The notes: a model not told the origin generated them from the letters alone. DNA of 47,181 nt from an uncultured virus (IMG/VR IMGVR_UViG_2061766007_001954) (IMGVR_UViG_2061766007_001954), one strand, 5' to 3'. Positions 26,555 through 36,304 are shown, counted from the stretch's first letter. Made by a program: numbers and translations.

Positions 26555-26818
26555 ATGTCAGAGAAACAACGCAATCAAATCCTGGAGCAGGCAGAGTCCC
26601 AATTCCAGGATGTTCTGCAGAAAGCCCGCCAAGCATTCGACATGATCGACGATAACGCCGAGACAATGGACGGTGCCAGTGGCATGGGCGATATGACGGC
26701 ATATGAGGCTGTCATGCAGCTCTTCAACGAGATCTATGAAACCGGCTGTACAGCTCTCGGATATCTGTGTGCCAGCGTTCTCCATTACGCCGTGCAGGCG
26801 AGAAAGGATGCAGACTGA
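26555..26818 (+). CDS. small acidic helical protein
   Basis: AAGGA RBS; coupled to the radical SAM gene. Confidence 0.6.
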   Translation: MSEKQRNQILEQAESQFQDVLQKARQAFDMIDDNAETMDGASGMGDMTAYEAVMQLFNEIYETGCTALGYLCASVLHYAVQARKDAD

Positions 26819-27780
26819 TGGATGTCATCAACACCCACACAGGTAAACTGTTCGTCGACCGTGTACGCAAACTGGAATTCGTTTCAGTCGGCGACTACGG
26901 GCAGGAAGAGAACGTGAAGGCTGACTTCTTGGGACTCAAGCAGGAGATCCACGGTGTCAAGCATCATGCTGTCGATCTCACGCAGAAATGGATCACACTC
27001 ATCAGCACCCAGAAAGGCTGCCCGATGAAGTGCGCATTCTGCGACTGCCCCAAAGTCGGATTCCATGGGAACGCATCTGTCGACGATCTCTGCTATGAGG
27101 TCAGCTCTGTCATGAATGCATTCCCCGAGGTCAAGGAGACCAAGCGGTTCAATCTGCACTTTGCCAGAATGGGCGAACCGACTTTCAACCCGGCTGTGCT
27201 TTATTTCACAGAGTACAGGCTTCAGCATCTGATCCGTTCCAGAGTGAATGCGGAAATCATCCATCCTGTTCTGGCGACCATGCTTCCCCAAACCAATCAG
27301 GATCTCGAATACTTCCTTCGGACATGGTGCCACATCAAGAACGACGTCTACGATGGGCATGCTGGCCTGCAAGTCAGCCTTCAGTCCACGGACGAGTTCC
27401 AGCGTGACGCACAGTTCAATGGCATGAGCCTCTGTCTCAGAGATGCCGCCATATTGCTGGACAAGCTGCCGCATCCGAAGACCAGAAAGTACACTTTGAA
27501 CTTTGCTATCACAAAGGATACGATCCTCGATGCAGGCGTACTGGACAGCCTCTTTGACAGCAGGAAGTTCGTTGTCAAGTTGACTCCGGTCCATGAAACC
27601 AAGGCAGCTGTTGCCAACGGCTTCGACATCGGAGACACGTACACAAGCTACGACGCCTACAGGAAGTTCGAGGATCCGCTGCTGGAACGAGGATGGCAGG
27701 TAATTTCTGCTGTTCCTTCCAGAGAAGAAGACAGCGATCGCATCACTTGCGGAAACGCGTTGCTTTCATATGGAGCTTGA
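26818..27780 (+). CDS. RlmN/Cfr-like radical SAM enzyme
   Basis: ISTQKGCPMKCAFC (CxxxCxxC), MGEP, LQVSLQS, C-terminal ITCG. Confidence 0.8.
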   Translation: MDVINTHTGKLFVDRVRKLEFVSVGDYGQEENVKADFLGLKQEIHGVKHHAVDLTQKWITLISTQKGCPMKCAFCDCPKVGFHGNASVDDLCYEVSSVMNAFPEVKETKRFNLHFARMGEPTFNPAVLYFTEYRLQHLIRSRVNAEIIHPVLATMLPQTNQDLEYFLRTWCHIKNDVYDGHAGLQVSLQSTDEFQRDAQFNGMSLCLRDAAILLDKLPHPKTRKYTLNFAITKDTILDAGVLDSLFDSRKFVVKLTPVHETKAAVANGFDIGDTYTSYDAYRKFEDPLLERGWQVISAVPSREEDSDRITCGNALLSYGA

Positions 27781-28111
27781 AACAGCCTTTAAGGTCTGTG
27801 ACGAACTGAACGACGCCAATCCGTACAAGTGGAACAACTCCCGAACCGCACCGCGATACAGGCCTATTCACCAGCAACCAATGGGTGCGCCTGTAATCGC
27901 GATGCGGAATATCGTAGGCACCGGCGCGTTCCTCTATACGGTTGATACGATCCATAGCAGGCTCCACCATCCGGCGCATTCGATAAGGATAAGCGAAGAT
28001 GTCTGGGATGACTGGGGGATCAGGAAGGTCTGGCTGGACGGCTGGGCGCCGATCGTATTAGTCAAGCTCGGTCCGCTACTGAAGCTGCGGCATCAAGGTT
28101 CTGTTTTCTGA
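27770..28111 (+). CDS. PY-family paralogue 1 (divergent)
   Basis: MELETAF...NPY. Confidence 0.5.
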   Translation: MELETAFKVCDELNDANPYKWNNSRTAPRYRPIHQQPMGAPVIAMRNIVGTGAFLYTVDTIHSRLHHPAHSIRISEDVWDDWGIRKVWLDGWAPIVLVKLGPLLKLRHQGSVF

Positions 28112-28202
28112 TAGCTCTCGCACAGAGGGTTATCACCGATAGACGGAGCCTTGATGCCATAACCTGGAAATACTTTTATGAAATACACAAAGAACTGGCT
28201 AT

Positions 28203-28580
28203 ATGAACTTTAGAGATGCGCTGGACGAATTGTTTCGCGCCAGATGCGGAAGAATCATCACATGTCCATACAAGGAGGACGAGCCGCGAACAAACAGGGC
28301 TACCTTTACAATGGAGCCTATGGCATTCACCGATAGGAAATTCAGAGACTATGTGATCATCTTCCTGGACCATGAGGCCAAACCCAGGTTTTGGCGTTGG
28401 AATAAGGCTGAAGAAAAGGCTCCTTGTTTAATCTCCGCAACAGATTCATATAAACTGGCAGCTGGCAAACCCTGGAATACTGGCAGCTGGATAATACCTG
28501 ATCCGCCACGCCAAATTGGTGACTGGATCGAAGAGGAACGAAATATATGCGACTGGACGACGCAAAACGAGAACTCCTGA
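28203..28580 (+). CDS. PY-family paralogue 2
   Basis: MNFRDAL..TCPY..WIIPDPPRQIGDW. Confidence 0.7.
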   Translation: MNFRDALDELFRARCGRIITCPYKEDEPRTNRATFTMEPMAFTDRKFRDYVIIFLDHEAKPRFWRWNKAEEKAPCLISATDSYKLAAGKPWNTGSWIIPDPPRQIGDWIEEERNICDWTTQNENS

Positions 28581-28891
28581 AGTTGGTTCATAAGGACGTC
28601 TGTCCTTTCAAGGAGCCAGAAGCTGGACAGCGCAGATGGTTTAAGCACGGCGGGGATGTAGCTTGTTTCAAGTACATCCATAACGGCATCGCTCATGGCG
28701 TTCTGTTCCTGAGAAGTAATTTGCGGTTTGCTTATTGGGACTGGCCGCCGGGAGGAGAGCCTGTGAGAACTGATGCCATGCCAGACTGGATCAAGAATGG
28801 CGATGAGTGGGGTTTCAGATTATGGCATCTCACTCTACCGCCAGAGTCAGTAAACGAATGGTACAGGAAGTTTGGCTACTATGACATTTGA
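28547..28891 (+). CDS. PY-family paralogue 3
   Basis: MRLDDAK..VCPF..WHLTLPPESVNEW. Confidence 0.7.
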   Translation: MRLDDAKRELLKLVHKDVCPFKEPEAGQRRWFKHGGDVACFKYIHNGIAHGVLFLRSNLRFAYWDWPPGGEPVRTDAMPDWIKNGDEWGFRLWHLTLPPESVNEWYRKFGYYDI

Positions 28892-29246
28892 ACAAGCAAA
28901 ACAATGGCTGCTCGCTACATTGGATACCAAAAGCTTAACTTGTCCATACAAGGTGCCAGGAATCGATAAACGTGCGTTTGTTGACTACAAACGTGGCCTC
29001 TTTGTTCCCTGCGCCAAGATAACACGCCCGATCGGAGACAGAAGGCACGGAGGCGGCATGTTGTTAGACAAGCATGGCGAAGTTGTGCTGTGGTGGTTCG
29101 ATCAGGAGAATTCCATAATGCTGCATGAGCCTAAGCTCTATTGGAGTGAAGAAGCATGGTACAACAATTGGCATATGGATGCATGGAATCTCACTCTGAG
29201 TCCCTGGATCATAACAAACTGGGTCAAGATGGAGGGTTTGACATGA
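28881..29246 (+). CDS. PY-family paralogue 4
   Basis: MTFEQAK..TCPY..WNLTLSPWIITNW. Confidence 0.75.
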   Translation: MTFEQAKQWLLATLDTKSLTCPYKVPGIDKRAFVDYKRGLFVPCAKITRPIGDRRHGGGMLLDKHGEVVLWWFDQENSIMLHEPKLYWSEEAWYNNWHMDAWNLTLSPWIITNWVKMEGLT

Positions 29247-29602
29247 TCTATCAGGAAGCGTGCTACTGGCTAACAGGACAGCCGTTAGGCGCAGGTTGCC
29301 CATATAAGCAAGAGGGTGCCGCCCTCGGCTCTGCTGAGGAGTGTTTCTCCATATCTGAGAATACTGTGCCCTGTTGCAAATTGATTGCTGGCCGCTATTA
29401 CGGAGGGCTTTTCCTTCGAGCGGACAACACAATCGCTGTGTGGGAGTTTAGATCCGACGAACGAGATCGTTTACTGGATGCTGTACCAGAGGACTGGTTT
29501 AAGGCTAGCCTGCGTAACCACTGGATACACACCGTGTGGTACTTAGGCAAGCCTCCATGGGTTGTAAGCAACTGGTTAAAAGAAAATGGAAGATTAATAT
29601 GA
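29243..29602 (+). CDS. PY-family paralogue 5
   Basis: MIYQEAC..GCPY..WYLGKPPWVVSNW. Confidence 0.75.
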   Translation: MIYQEACYWLTGQPLGAGCPYKQEGAALGSAEECFSISENTVPCCKLIAGRYYGGLFLRADNTIAVWEFRSDERDRLLDAVPEDWFKASLRNHWIHTVWYLGKPPWVVSNWLKENGRLI

Positions 29603-29976
29603 CTTTCTATGAAGCATGCCGTTGGCTGAACGGTGAAGATGTCTTTACTGGTTGCTGCCCGTATGTGGATGCTCCGGGTACCCGCTCAAAGCCAGCAGTT
29701 GAACTATATAACAACGGAAGAGTGATCCCTTGTTGCAAATTAGTTGCCGATGACTTCCTCGGAGCCATTTTCTTGAAGCGGGATGGATCTATCGCCATCT
29801 GGCAGTTTGCAACGGATGACGGCGAATCAGAATCAGACAGACTAGTTGATGCGGTACCATCTTCCTGGAATACACAGAAGAGGCGTAACTGCTGGAAACA
29901 GAACGTCTGGTATCTTGACAGAGGTCCTTGGGTTATAACTGATTGGCTCAAAGACAATGCGAGACTGGAACCATGA
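29599..29976 (+). CDS. PY-family paralogue 6
   Basis: MTFYEAC..CCPY..WYLDRGPWVITDW. Confidence 0.75.
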   Translation: MTFYEACRWLNGEDVFTGCCPYVDAPGTRSKPAVELYNNGRVIPCCKLVADDFLGAIFLKRDGSIAIWQFATDDGESESDRLVDAVPSSWNTQKRRNCWKQNVWYLDRGPWVITDWLKDNARLEP

Positions 29977-30561
29977 ACGACACTGTGGACTACGAGGCTG
30001 GAATCATGAACTATGAAGAAGCCAAACAGGCGCTTCTGGCGCTGATCGATAGCAAGGCAGACTGCCCCTATTCCCAACCATCTTGGAATGAAGCGGCATC
30101 CGGTCACGACTACAGACGAGGTGACCGGGTTCCATGTGTATTCTTCAGTCCGTGGGATTTGCATGGAGGCGGTGTCATGTTCATTAATCAGCAAGGTGAG
30201 ACTGTCCTCTGGTATTTCGGCGACGAGGATCATGAACACCATATTCTGGAGAGTGTTCCTCAGGAGTGGCTCGACTATACNNNNNNNNNNGCACGACTAC
30301 AGACGTGGTGACCGGGTTCCATGTGTATTCTTCAGTCCGTGGGATCTGCATGGAGGCGGTGTCATGTTCATCAATCAGCAAGGTGATACTGTCCTCTGGT
30401 ATTTCGGAGACGAGGAGCATGAACACCATATTCTGGAGAGTGTTCCTCAGGAGTGGCTCGACTATACAGGCGACAACTGCGAGTGGAGACTTGAAAGCTG
30501 GAACCTGCACGTCGGACCAGACACGATCACTGCCTGGGTTAAGGAGAACGGACTGTTATGA
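29973..30561 (+). CDS. PY-family paralogue 7 (middle duplicated around an assembly gap)
   Basis: MNYEEAK..DCPY..WNLHVGPDTITAW; about 30105-30280 is repeated after the gap with SNPs. Confidence 0.65.
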
Positions 30562-30950
30562 CATACGACGAGGCAAGAGCTGCTCTAATAGCTTTGGCTG
30601 TGGCTGATGCCAAATGTCCGTATGCGCCTGCACAATGGTCGAGTAAAGCAAAAGAACTTGAGTGGTATCCTGGACATACTATCCCTTGCATCTGGCACAC
30701 CCACAGAGATGCAACACAGACAGCAACTATCGCGGTTATGTTTCTGTCGAAGCATGCTGAAACGGTGCTCTGGTATATTGGTGAACGTGTCGATAACGAC
30801 GATAATCACTATATCATGGAGCAGCCTCCAGCAGAATGGCTTCGGTATGATAGATCACCGGAAAGTCAGGGCTGGAGGTTTGGTCGCTGGAACATAAAGG
30901 TCGGGCCGTGGGATATCACCAACTGGGTTAAAGAGGAGTGTCTGTTATGA
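30558..30950 (+). CDS. PY-family paralogue 8
   Basis: MTYDEAR..KCPY..WNIKVGPWDITNW. Confidence 0.75.
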   Translation: MTYDEARAALIALAVADAKCPYAPAQWSSKAKELEWYPGHTIPCIWHTHRDATQTATIAVMFLSKHAETVLWYIGERVDNDDNHYIMEQPPAEWLRYDRSPESQGWRFGRWNIKVGPWDITNWVKEECLL

Positions 30951-31276
30951 CACTGGCACAAATCAAAGGATGGGTCAAGGCAGGCCCCAACAAGATCATA
31001 ATCTGTCCATACAGGGATCATCCTCCCGGATTGCCTGGCACGACGATACGCATAGGAAGGTTGGAGCTTTATCCAGGCATCATCTTTCTGCTGTTCCGCG
31101 TAAGACACACAGACGACTTCATGCTTTTCAAGTATGAAGTACGCTGGCCGCCTGTACCGGCAGAAGCTGATGATCCGTACTATCAACTAGCCATTGATTC
31201 CAGGAAATGGGGCATGGACAGATGGTATGCCCCTGATTCTGATGTCACAGAAAGGTACAACCTGTATGACATATGA
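30947..31276 (+). CDS. PY-family paralogue 9
   Basis: MTLAQIK..ICPY. Confidence 0.65.
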   Translation: MTLAQIKGWVKAGPNKIIICPYRDHPPGLPGTTIRIGRLELYPGIIFLLFRVRHTDDFMLFKYEVRWPPVPAEADDPYYQLAIDSRKWGMDRWYAPDSDVTERYNLYDI

Positions 31277-31610
31277 TGAAGCTAGACACTGGCTCCTGTC
31301 GTCCCGTAGGAAAGCTCTTTGCCCCTATAAGAGGGAAAGCACGGTGACGCCAAAGGCACCGAACCAGGTGTTGTGTGTAAAGCTGGAGGGAGGACGCTTT
31401 TATAACGGCATCATGCTGCTTAAGAGAGACGGTACCATACAGCTTTGGGATTGGCCTGATGAACGGGATCCCTACAGAGTCGACGAGCCTCTTGATTACT
31501 GGTTCAAAGATTTTGGCAAGATCAACGGATGGGTGGAAGATCTGTGGTGGTTGGATAATTCACCGTTAAATGTAGGGAGTTGGTACAAAGAGGAGCATGG
31601 ATTGCGATGA
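31266..31610 (+). CDS. PY-family paralogue 10
   Basis: MTYDEAR..LCPY..WWLDNSPLNVGSW. Confidence 0.75.
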   Translation: MTYDEARHWLLSSRRKALCPYKRESTVTPKAPNQVLCVKLEGGRFYNGIMLLKRDGTIQLWDWPDERDPYRVDEPLDYWFKDFGKINGWVEDLWWLDNSPLNVGSWYKEEHGLR

Positions 31611-31924
31611 CCGATTTCAATGATGCGTCGGCTTGGCTTGTATCGCAGGCATACGGCACATTGTCTCCTTATAAACCGGATCCTGATCATTATGCTGGCG
31701 ATGAGATTCCCTGTTGCAAGAACTATATGAAAGCTCCTCGCTACATTATGTTCTTCCATCCTAAGGAGCAACGAATCGTATTCTATGCCTTTGAAGGTCA
31801 GTACGGATGTTTTCCGCCAACACGTATCAGCGGCTTAGAAGAAATACCGAAAGACCGTATGAACACTTGGACCAAGGACATATGGTTCGTCGACACTTTC
31901 GCAAAACAGGAGAAGCTCATATGA
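31607..31924 (+). CDS. PY-family paralogue 11
   Basis: MTDFNDAS..LSPY..IPCC. Confidence 0.7.
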   Translation: MTDFNDASAWLVSQAYGTLSPYKPDPDHYAGDEIPCCKNYMKAPRYIMFFHPKEQRIVFYAFEGQYGCFPPTRISGLEEIPKDRMNTWTKDIWFVDTFAKQEKLI

Positions 31925-32334
31925 GCAAAGACCCTTATCAGGAGGCTCTGGCGCAGCTGCTCGGTTACACTGTCGAGTCTCCTTATGACAGCCGCAACTG
32001 GAGGTTTGCTTTGAGATCAGATCCCGCGCAGGAAGATATTCCTGTCATCAGGGTCTATGATAGTAATGACACCAATTCCAAGCGACTTGGCGTTATTGTC
32101 CTCGATCGCAACAGACAGCCGGTTGCTTTTTCGTGGCCCCGTGCAGAACATCTGCATTCACCAGCCGTTTTGTTAGATGAAGTTCCTGAAGAGTGGAAGC
32201 ATGGCGACTATATGGTTACCTTGTGGCACCTTAAGGGAAAACCACATGAAGTAGGAGACTGGTATGCCTACAATGGCTACAGATTCCCAGACGGATCTGT
32301 CCCGTCAACAGCAGATTCGCCAGCTGGCGAATAA
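31921..32334 (+). CDS. PY-family paralogue 12
   Basis: PYQEAL..ESPY..WHLKGKPHEVGDW. Confidence 0.7.
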   Translation: MSKDPYQEALAQLLGYTVESPYDSRNWRFALRSDPAQEDIPVIRVYDSNDTNSKRLGVIVLDRNRQPVAFSWPRAEHLHSPAVLLDEVPEEWKHGDYMVTLWHLKGKPHEVGDWYAYNGYRFPDGSVPSTADSPAGE

Positions 32335-32752
32335 AGAATACAGCTATTCGGATGCCATTCGGGCATTACGCCAGCTTGCTGTTCCGTCTCCCTATGGCGG
32401 CAGCTCTCTGGAAGACGTGTTCGCTACCAGATTCGGAATCAATCAGGTTGCTGATCTGCAACGCTGGCTGGATAGCGGCTATATTCCGATCATGGTCTCC
32501 GCCACCGCTCGCAAGTGGCGCGATGCAGGATATCAGAACGTCGAAGACGTGCTGATCGTGATGGACAAGGATATGAAACCATCGTATTGGCACAGAGGCA
32601 TCAGCGGCGGAGCCAAGGTGCTTAAGACCATCGAAGATCAGCGACAGCTGTGGGAAGCAGCAAAATATCACTGGTTCGTATGGTCTACTACTGCACCGCC
32701 TATGCAAGTAGGCGAGTGGTGGAGGAAGCATGGCTATAAGTACAGAGCATGA
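32264..32752 (+). CDS. PY-family paralogue 13
   Basis: YSYSDAI..PSPY..PPMQVGEWW; start uncertain. Confidence 0.65.
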   Translation: MPTMATDSQTDLSRQQQIRQLANKEYSYSDAIRALRQLAVPSPYGGSSLEDVFATRFGINQVADLQRWLDSGYIPIMVSATARKWRDAGYQNVEDVLIVMDKDMKPSYWHRGISGGAKVLKTIEDQRQLWEAAKYHWFVWSTTAPPMQVGEWWRKHGYKYRA

Positions 32753-33146
32753 TTTCTACATACCAAATGCGATAGATGTCCTGAGAAACCTGGCTACTTC
32801 GAATCCGTATAAGGAACGCTGGTCTGATGTTATGAACGCAGAGCTCAGATGGATGACACGTCCAAGGGACAACGCACCTACACCTATCCCTGTACCGGGA
32901 ATTATAAGTGGCTGGTTCGATTTCGATCTAAGGCGTTCTCAGAGCATCATCTTTCTGAACAGGGACATGCAACCTCAGCCTTTTCGCAGGAACTACATCA
33001 GTATCTCGAAGCTCGATGCTATCCCTAAGAACTGGTACAGGAAGGTGTGGACGCTGACATTGTACAACTTTGCCGAGCCGGATGAAAGAAGTGGCGGCTT
33101 GATTCTCAGAACATGGTATCAGCAGGAAGGCTTCCATTATGATTGA
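32730..33146 (+). CDS. PY-family paralogue 14
   Basis: YIPNAIDVL..SNPY..IFLNRD. Confidence 0.65.
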   Translation: MAISTEHDFYIPNAIDVLRNLATSNPYKERWSDVMNAELRWMTRPRDNAPTPIPVPGIISGWFDFDLRRSQSIIFLNRDMQPQPFRRNYISISKLDAIPKNWYRKVWTLTLYNFAEPDERSGGLILRTWYQQEGFHYD

Positions 33147-33570
33147 TGGCAGGACAGGTAATCTGCATGAAGGCATTCAGATGTTGATAAACCGTTCTTA
33201 TCAGTCGCCATATAGACCACTATGGTCGGAAGGTTATGCGATGGAGCCCGGTGATATTCTGGTTCCGTCATTGCATGTCAACAACCGCCATTCCAGACAG
33301 GGCTGTATCCTGCTGGACCGTGAACGCAAACCAAAAGCGTTCAAATGGACATCCGAGGACTGGGACGAAGAGCGTGGGGAATATGCCACGCCGCTCGATG
33401 CAATTCCAAGCTGGTGGTACGGTCTCTGCAGCTGTGATAGATGCTATTGGTATGTCAACGCCGAGCCATTTGAAGTAGGCAACTGGTGGAAGCAATACGG
33501 TTTCGTCTTTGCCGAAGATGATGTCCCGCCGTTAAGGCGTTCCTACTATAGAGGGCACGACTATGAGTGA
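33139..33570 (+). CDS. PY-family paralogue 15
   Basis: NLHEGI..QSPY..WYVNAEPFEVGNWW. Confidence 0.7.
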   Translation: MIDGRTGNLHEGIQMLINRSYQSPYRPLWSEGYAMEPGDILVPSLHVNNRHSRQGCILLDRERKPKAFKWTSEDWDEERGEYATPLDAIPSWWYGLCSCDRCYWYVNAEPFEVGNWWKQYGFVFAEDDVPPLRRSYYRGHDYE

Positions 33571-33922
33571 CGATGTTTGTGTCAAATCCATGGAACAGTT
33601 CACAAGCCTTACTTTCAGTGACGCCTGCAGAGAGATAGCCAACAATCCCTATAGCCCGATAGGCGGCCAGGTGCTTTACAACCATAGCCGCAAATCCGAG
33701 CTGCCGGTGCAATACTACGTTGTCTTCGCCAAAGGCGAGTTCCGTATCTATCGTCGTGCCAACTTCTCCAACGACAATATAAGACGTCTAACAGTGGAAG
33801 AAGCCACCGCCCTTGATCCGGAACTCTTCACGACAGATACCAGATGGATGTATGCGCCAGAATACGGATTGCCTATCACCCTGTATGAGGACTTGGTCAT
33901 TGAAGGAGTAATAAACCCATGA
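33563..33922 (+). CDS. PY-family paralogue 16
   Basis: LTFSDAC..NNPY..QYYVVF. Confidence 0.65.
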   Translation: MSDDVCVKSMEQFTSLTFSDACREIANNPYSPIGGQVLYNHSRKSELPVQYYVVFAKGEFRIYRRANFSNDNIRRLTVEEATALDPELFTTDTRWMYAPEYGLPITLYEDLVIEGVINP

Positions 33923-34251
33923 CAGCCGGTTTCTATTCTTTTCAGGAAGGCATCAATTCGATGCGAGATTCCCCGTATCATGGAAACCATAACAAGATCC
34001 TGTACATTTGCACCACCACTGAAACCAGGCCTCTGAGAACGCTTGAGTTCTATGCGCTGTATAAGGACAGCAATCTTTTGATATTCAGACGTTATGATTA
34101 CGCAGCACGTTTGGATCCTGTCCTTAAAAAGACACATCCGGTTTTTACCAGTCCGTCTGCCAGCTGGTCTTTCATAACAGCCGGAGGCCTGTCAAGACCG
34201 GCATACATGTTCTTAAGGTCGGAAGGATTTCTGAAAGATGTCGAGCCATGA
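33919..34251 (+). CDS. PY-family paralogue 17
   Basis: YSFQEGI..DSPY..EFYALY. Confidence 0.65.
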   Translation: MTAGFYSFQEGINSMRDSPYHGNHNKILYICTTTETRPLRTLEFYALYKDSNLLIFRRYDYAARLDPVLKKTHPVFTSPSASWSFITAGGLSRPAYMFLRSEGFLKDVEP

Positions 34252-34559
34252 GACATGAACTTACTTTCCAGCTCGGTATCATGCATATGACTTACTGCCC
34301 CTATAGCGACTGTCCTGATCCTGCATTGTACAACTTCTATACGGAGCCAGGCAGCTGCTTCAGAAGGCATAATTACTATGCTGTTGTCATAGGCGGAAAG
34401 CCCCATGTCTATAGAACGCCCGAATGGACCAATGAAATCTTTCTTGTGGAGGACTTCACAGAGGAGCCTTTCATCAAGGACGGCCATTGGTATATCATAC
34501 GGCAAACTAATATCCCATGGGTAGTCTATCATCAGATGTGGCTGGACGGTGCGGTATGA
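34248..34559 (+). CDS. PY-family paralogue 18
   Basis: LTFQLGI..YCPY..NYYAVV. Confidence 0.65.
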   Translation: MRHELTFQLGIMHMTYCPYSDCPDPALYNFYTEPGSCFRRHNYYAVVIGGKPHVYRTPEWTNEIFLVEDFTEEPFIKDGHWYIIRQTNIPWVVYHQMWLDGAV

Positions 34560-34868
34560 GAATCACACTCAATCTGCAGGACGGCCTGAAAGCGCTTACA
34601 TCCTGTCCGTACAATGTTGCCGATACTAAAGTGCTATGGTGCTCTTATTGGGGACCTACATATAGTACCGACTTCTATATTGTTGTCAACAAAGGGATTC
34701 CTGTCGTATATGCACATACTCCAATGCGCAATCTGATAGAAAGGCCCGCCTCGCTCTATAAGGAGGAGCTGAAGGATTTAAGGACAGCATGGTGCTGGGC
34801 ATTCACTGGTACGCAGGCGTTGCCAGGTGTCGTCTATACAGTTATGCAACATGACGGAGTGTTCGGAT
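34556..34868 (+). CDS. PY-family paralogue 19 (stop codon recovered from the overlap with the inverted contig)
   Basis: LNLQDGL..SCPY..DFYIVV; the reverse complement of 36671-36773 supplies ...GVFG-TGA. Confidence 0.6.
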
Positions 34869-34944
34869 NNNNNNNNNNNNNATCGCCATGTCCCCCTTTA
34901 TAAAGGGGGACTGGCTCAATACTAATTTGTAATCGGTGAACACT

Positions 34945-34984
34945 AAAAGAAAGACCAGGACAATCCTATTGGGAAAGCCTGGTC
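34945..34984 (-). terminator. intrinsic terminator closing the paralogue array (on the inverted contig)
   Basis: Minus strand GACCAGG...CCTGGTC followed by TTTCTTTT. Confidence 0.65.
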
Positions 34985-35015
34985 GGGTTAATTGTTACAC
35001 GTGCGCGTCCATATA

Positions 35016-35309
35016 TTAGTATGGAAAACCGATGGGCCAATCTGTATCTGCCCACTTGATCAAATTCCATGAATTATAATCATCCGCAAAAATGTGCGGA
35101 TACCTGGAAAGAATCTCTACTGGTGGTACAACTTCTGGCTCCAATGTAGATGACACTTCCACAAACCACAGCTTATCCTTGCGATAAGAAGCCATAATCA
35201 GCCTTGGCAGGTAATATCCAGGAATATGTACTGTCGTATGGGCGAAATAGTCTTCTCCATATGGGCACAATGTTGGTTCAATGGCCGATAAGGCCTCTGA
35301 GTACGTCAT
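35016..35309 (-). CDS. PY-family paralogue 24
   Basis: MTYSEAL..LCPY. Confidence 0.65.
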   Translation of the reverse strand: MTYSEALSAIEPTLCPYGEDYFAHTTVHIPGYYLPRLIMASYRKDKLWFVEVSSTLEPEVVPPVEILSRYPHIFADDYNSWNLIKWADTDWPIGFPY

Positions 35310-35628
35310 AATCTGGCTGCCATCCTCCAAATCTGGCTCCAACGATCCCCCATACCCCAAGACGCCACTCGTTGAAGTGTTCCTGGAACATATAAGGATG
35401 TCGCTTCCTTGCTGTCCGCTTTGTAAGATAGATGTCATGTCTGCCTCTCCAGAACTCTGCGAACCATAATCTGCCTTCATAATAAAAGCCATACAATTCG
35501 CCGAGTTTTGTAGGATCAACTTCCCACCCATTCTTATATAGATAGGACTTTATGCAATCTGCCCTGCCGTACTCCCTGTAAGGAGTGTGTATCGGCATAA
35601 TCCATAACAGTGCGTTCTGGAAGTTCAT
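35278..35628 (-). CDS. PY-family paralogue 23
   Basis: MNFQNAL..HTPY. Confidence 0.65.
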   Translation of the reverse strand: MNFQNALLWIMPIHTPYREYGRADCIKSYLYKNGWEVDPTKLGELYGFYYEGRLWFAEFWRGRHDIYLTKRTARKRHPYMFQEHFNEWRLGVWGIVGARFGGWQPDYDVLRGLIGH

Positions 35629-35957
35629 AGAAGAGCCCAGATCCTCGCTGGAACAAAGCAACAATCTCTCCAATTGCCTGGAGTCCAGCAGTTAGATATG
35701 TGAGCATCACCCATGTCAGAATAGAACAGCTGTGGCTTCTCCTGCTTCAGAGATCCTAATGATGGGAAATACGTATGATCTTCATCCAGGCTGTACATCA
35801 CACAGCAAATAGTATTTCCTTGCAAATATGATACATAGTATAAGACAGCATGACCTCCTCTGGATCTGTCTGTAAGCTCCAGATGATTGTAGTCTCTACG
35901 ATCCTGATATGGACACAGCTGCGGCTTCAATAATTCAAAACCTTCATCGAATCTCAT
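35625..35957 (-). CDS. PY-family paralogue 22
   Basis: MRFDEGF..LCPY..VLYYVS..ICC. Confidence 0.7.
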   Translation of the reverse strand: MRFDEGFELLKPQLCPYQDRRDYNHLELTDRSRGGHAVLYYVSYLQGNTICCVMYSLDEDHTYFPSLGSLKQEKPQLFYSDMGDAHISNCWTPGNWRDCCFVPARIWALL

Positions 35958-36304
35958 AACAGCGACAGTATCCTGTGAGGAACAAATATGCAGTCAGACC
36001 AGCAACCTGCATGCCACTTACCAAGCATTCCGGGAGTGTCCCTATGCGATTGGAAAGCACGAGGACATTCTATTTGAAACTCTACAATTGTATTGTAATA
36101 AGTGGTTGCAGACTCTCTAAGTGCTTCCATCTTGCAGCATATGACGGTACCTTTAATATTGGACACATAATACAAGATCTGTTGCCCTGTTGATATGTTC
36201 TCCCATGTGTTGACAAAATCATAACCTCTTTTTCGTTGGTTTGTTTTGTACGGACAGAGAACATCCTCATGAGAAAGCAGTTTGTAGGCATCCTGAAAAT
36301 TCAC
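35954..36304 (-). CDS. PY-family paralogue 21
   Basis: (GTG)NFQDAY..LCPY..ILYYVS..ICC; close to paralogue 22. Confidence 0.7.
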   Translation of the reverse strand: MNFQDAYKLLSHEDVLCPYKTNQRKRGYDFVNTWENISTGQQILYYVSNIKGTVICCKMEALRESATTYYNTIVEFQIECPRAFQSHRDTPGMLGKWHAGCWSDCIFVPHRILSLL

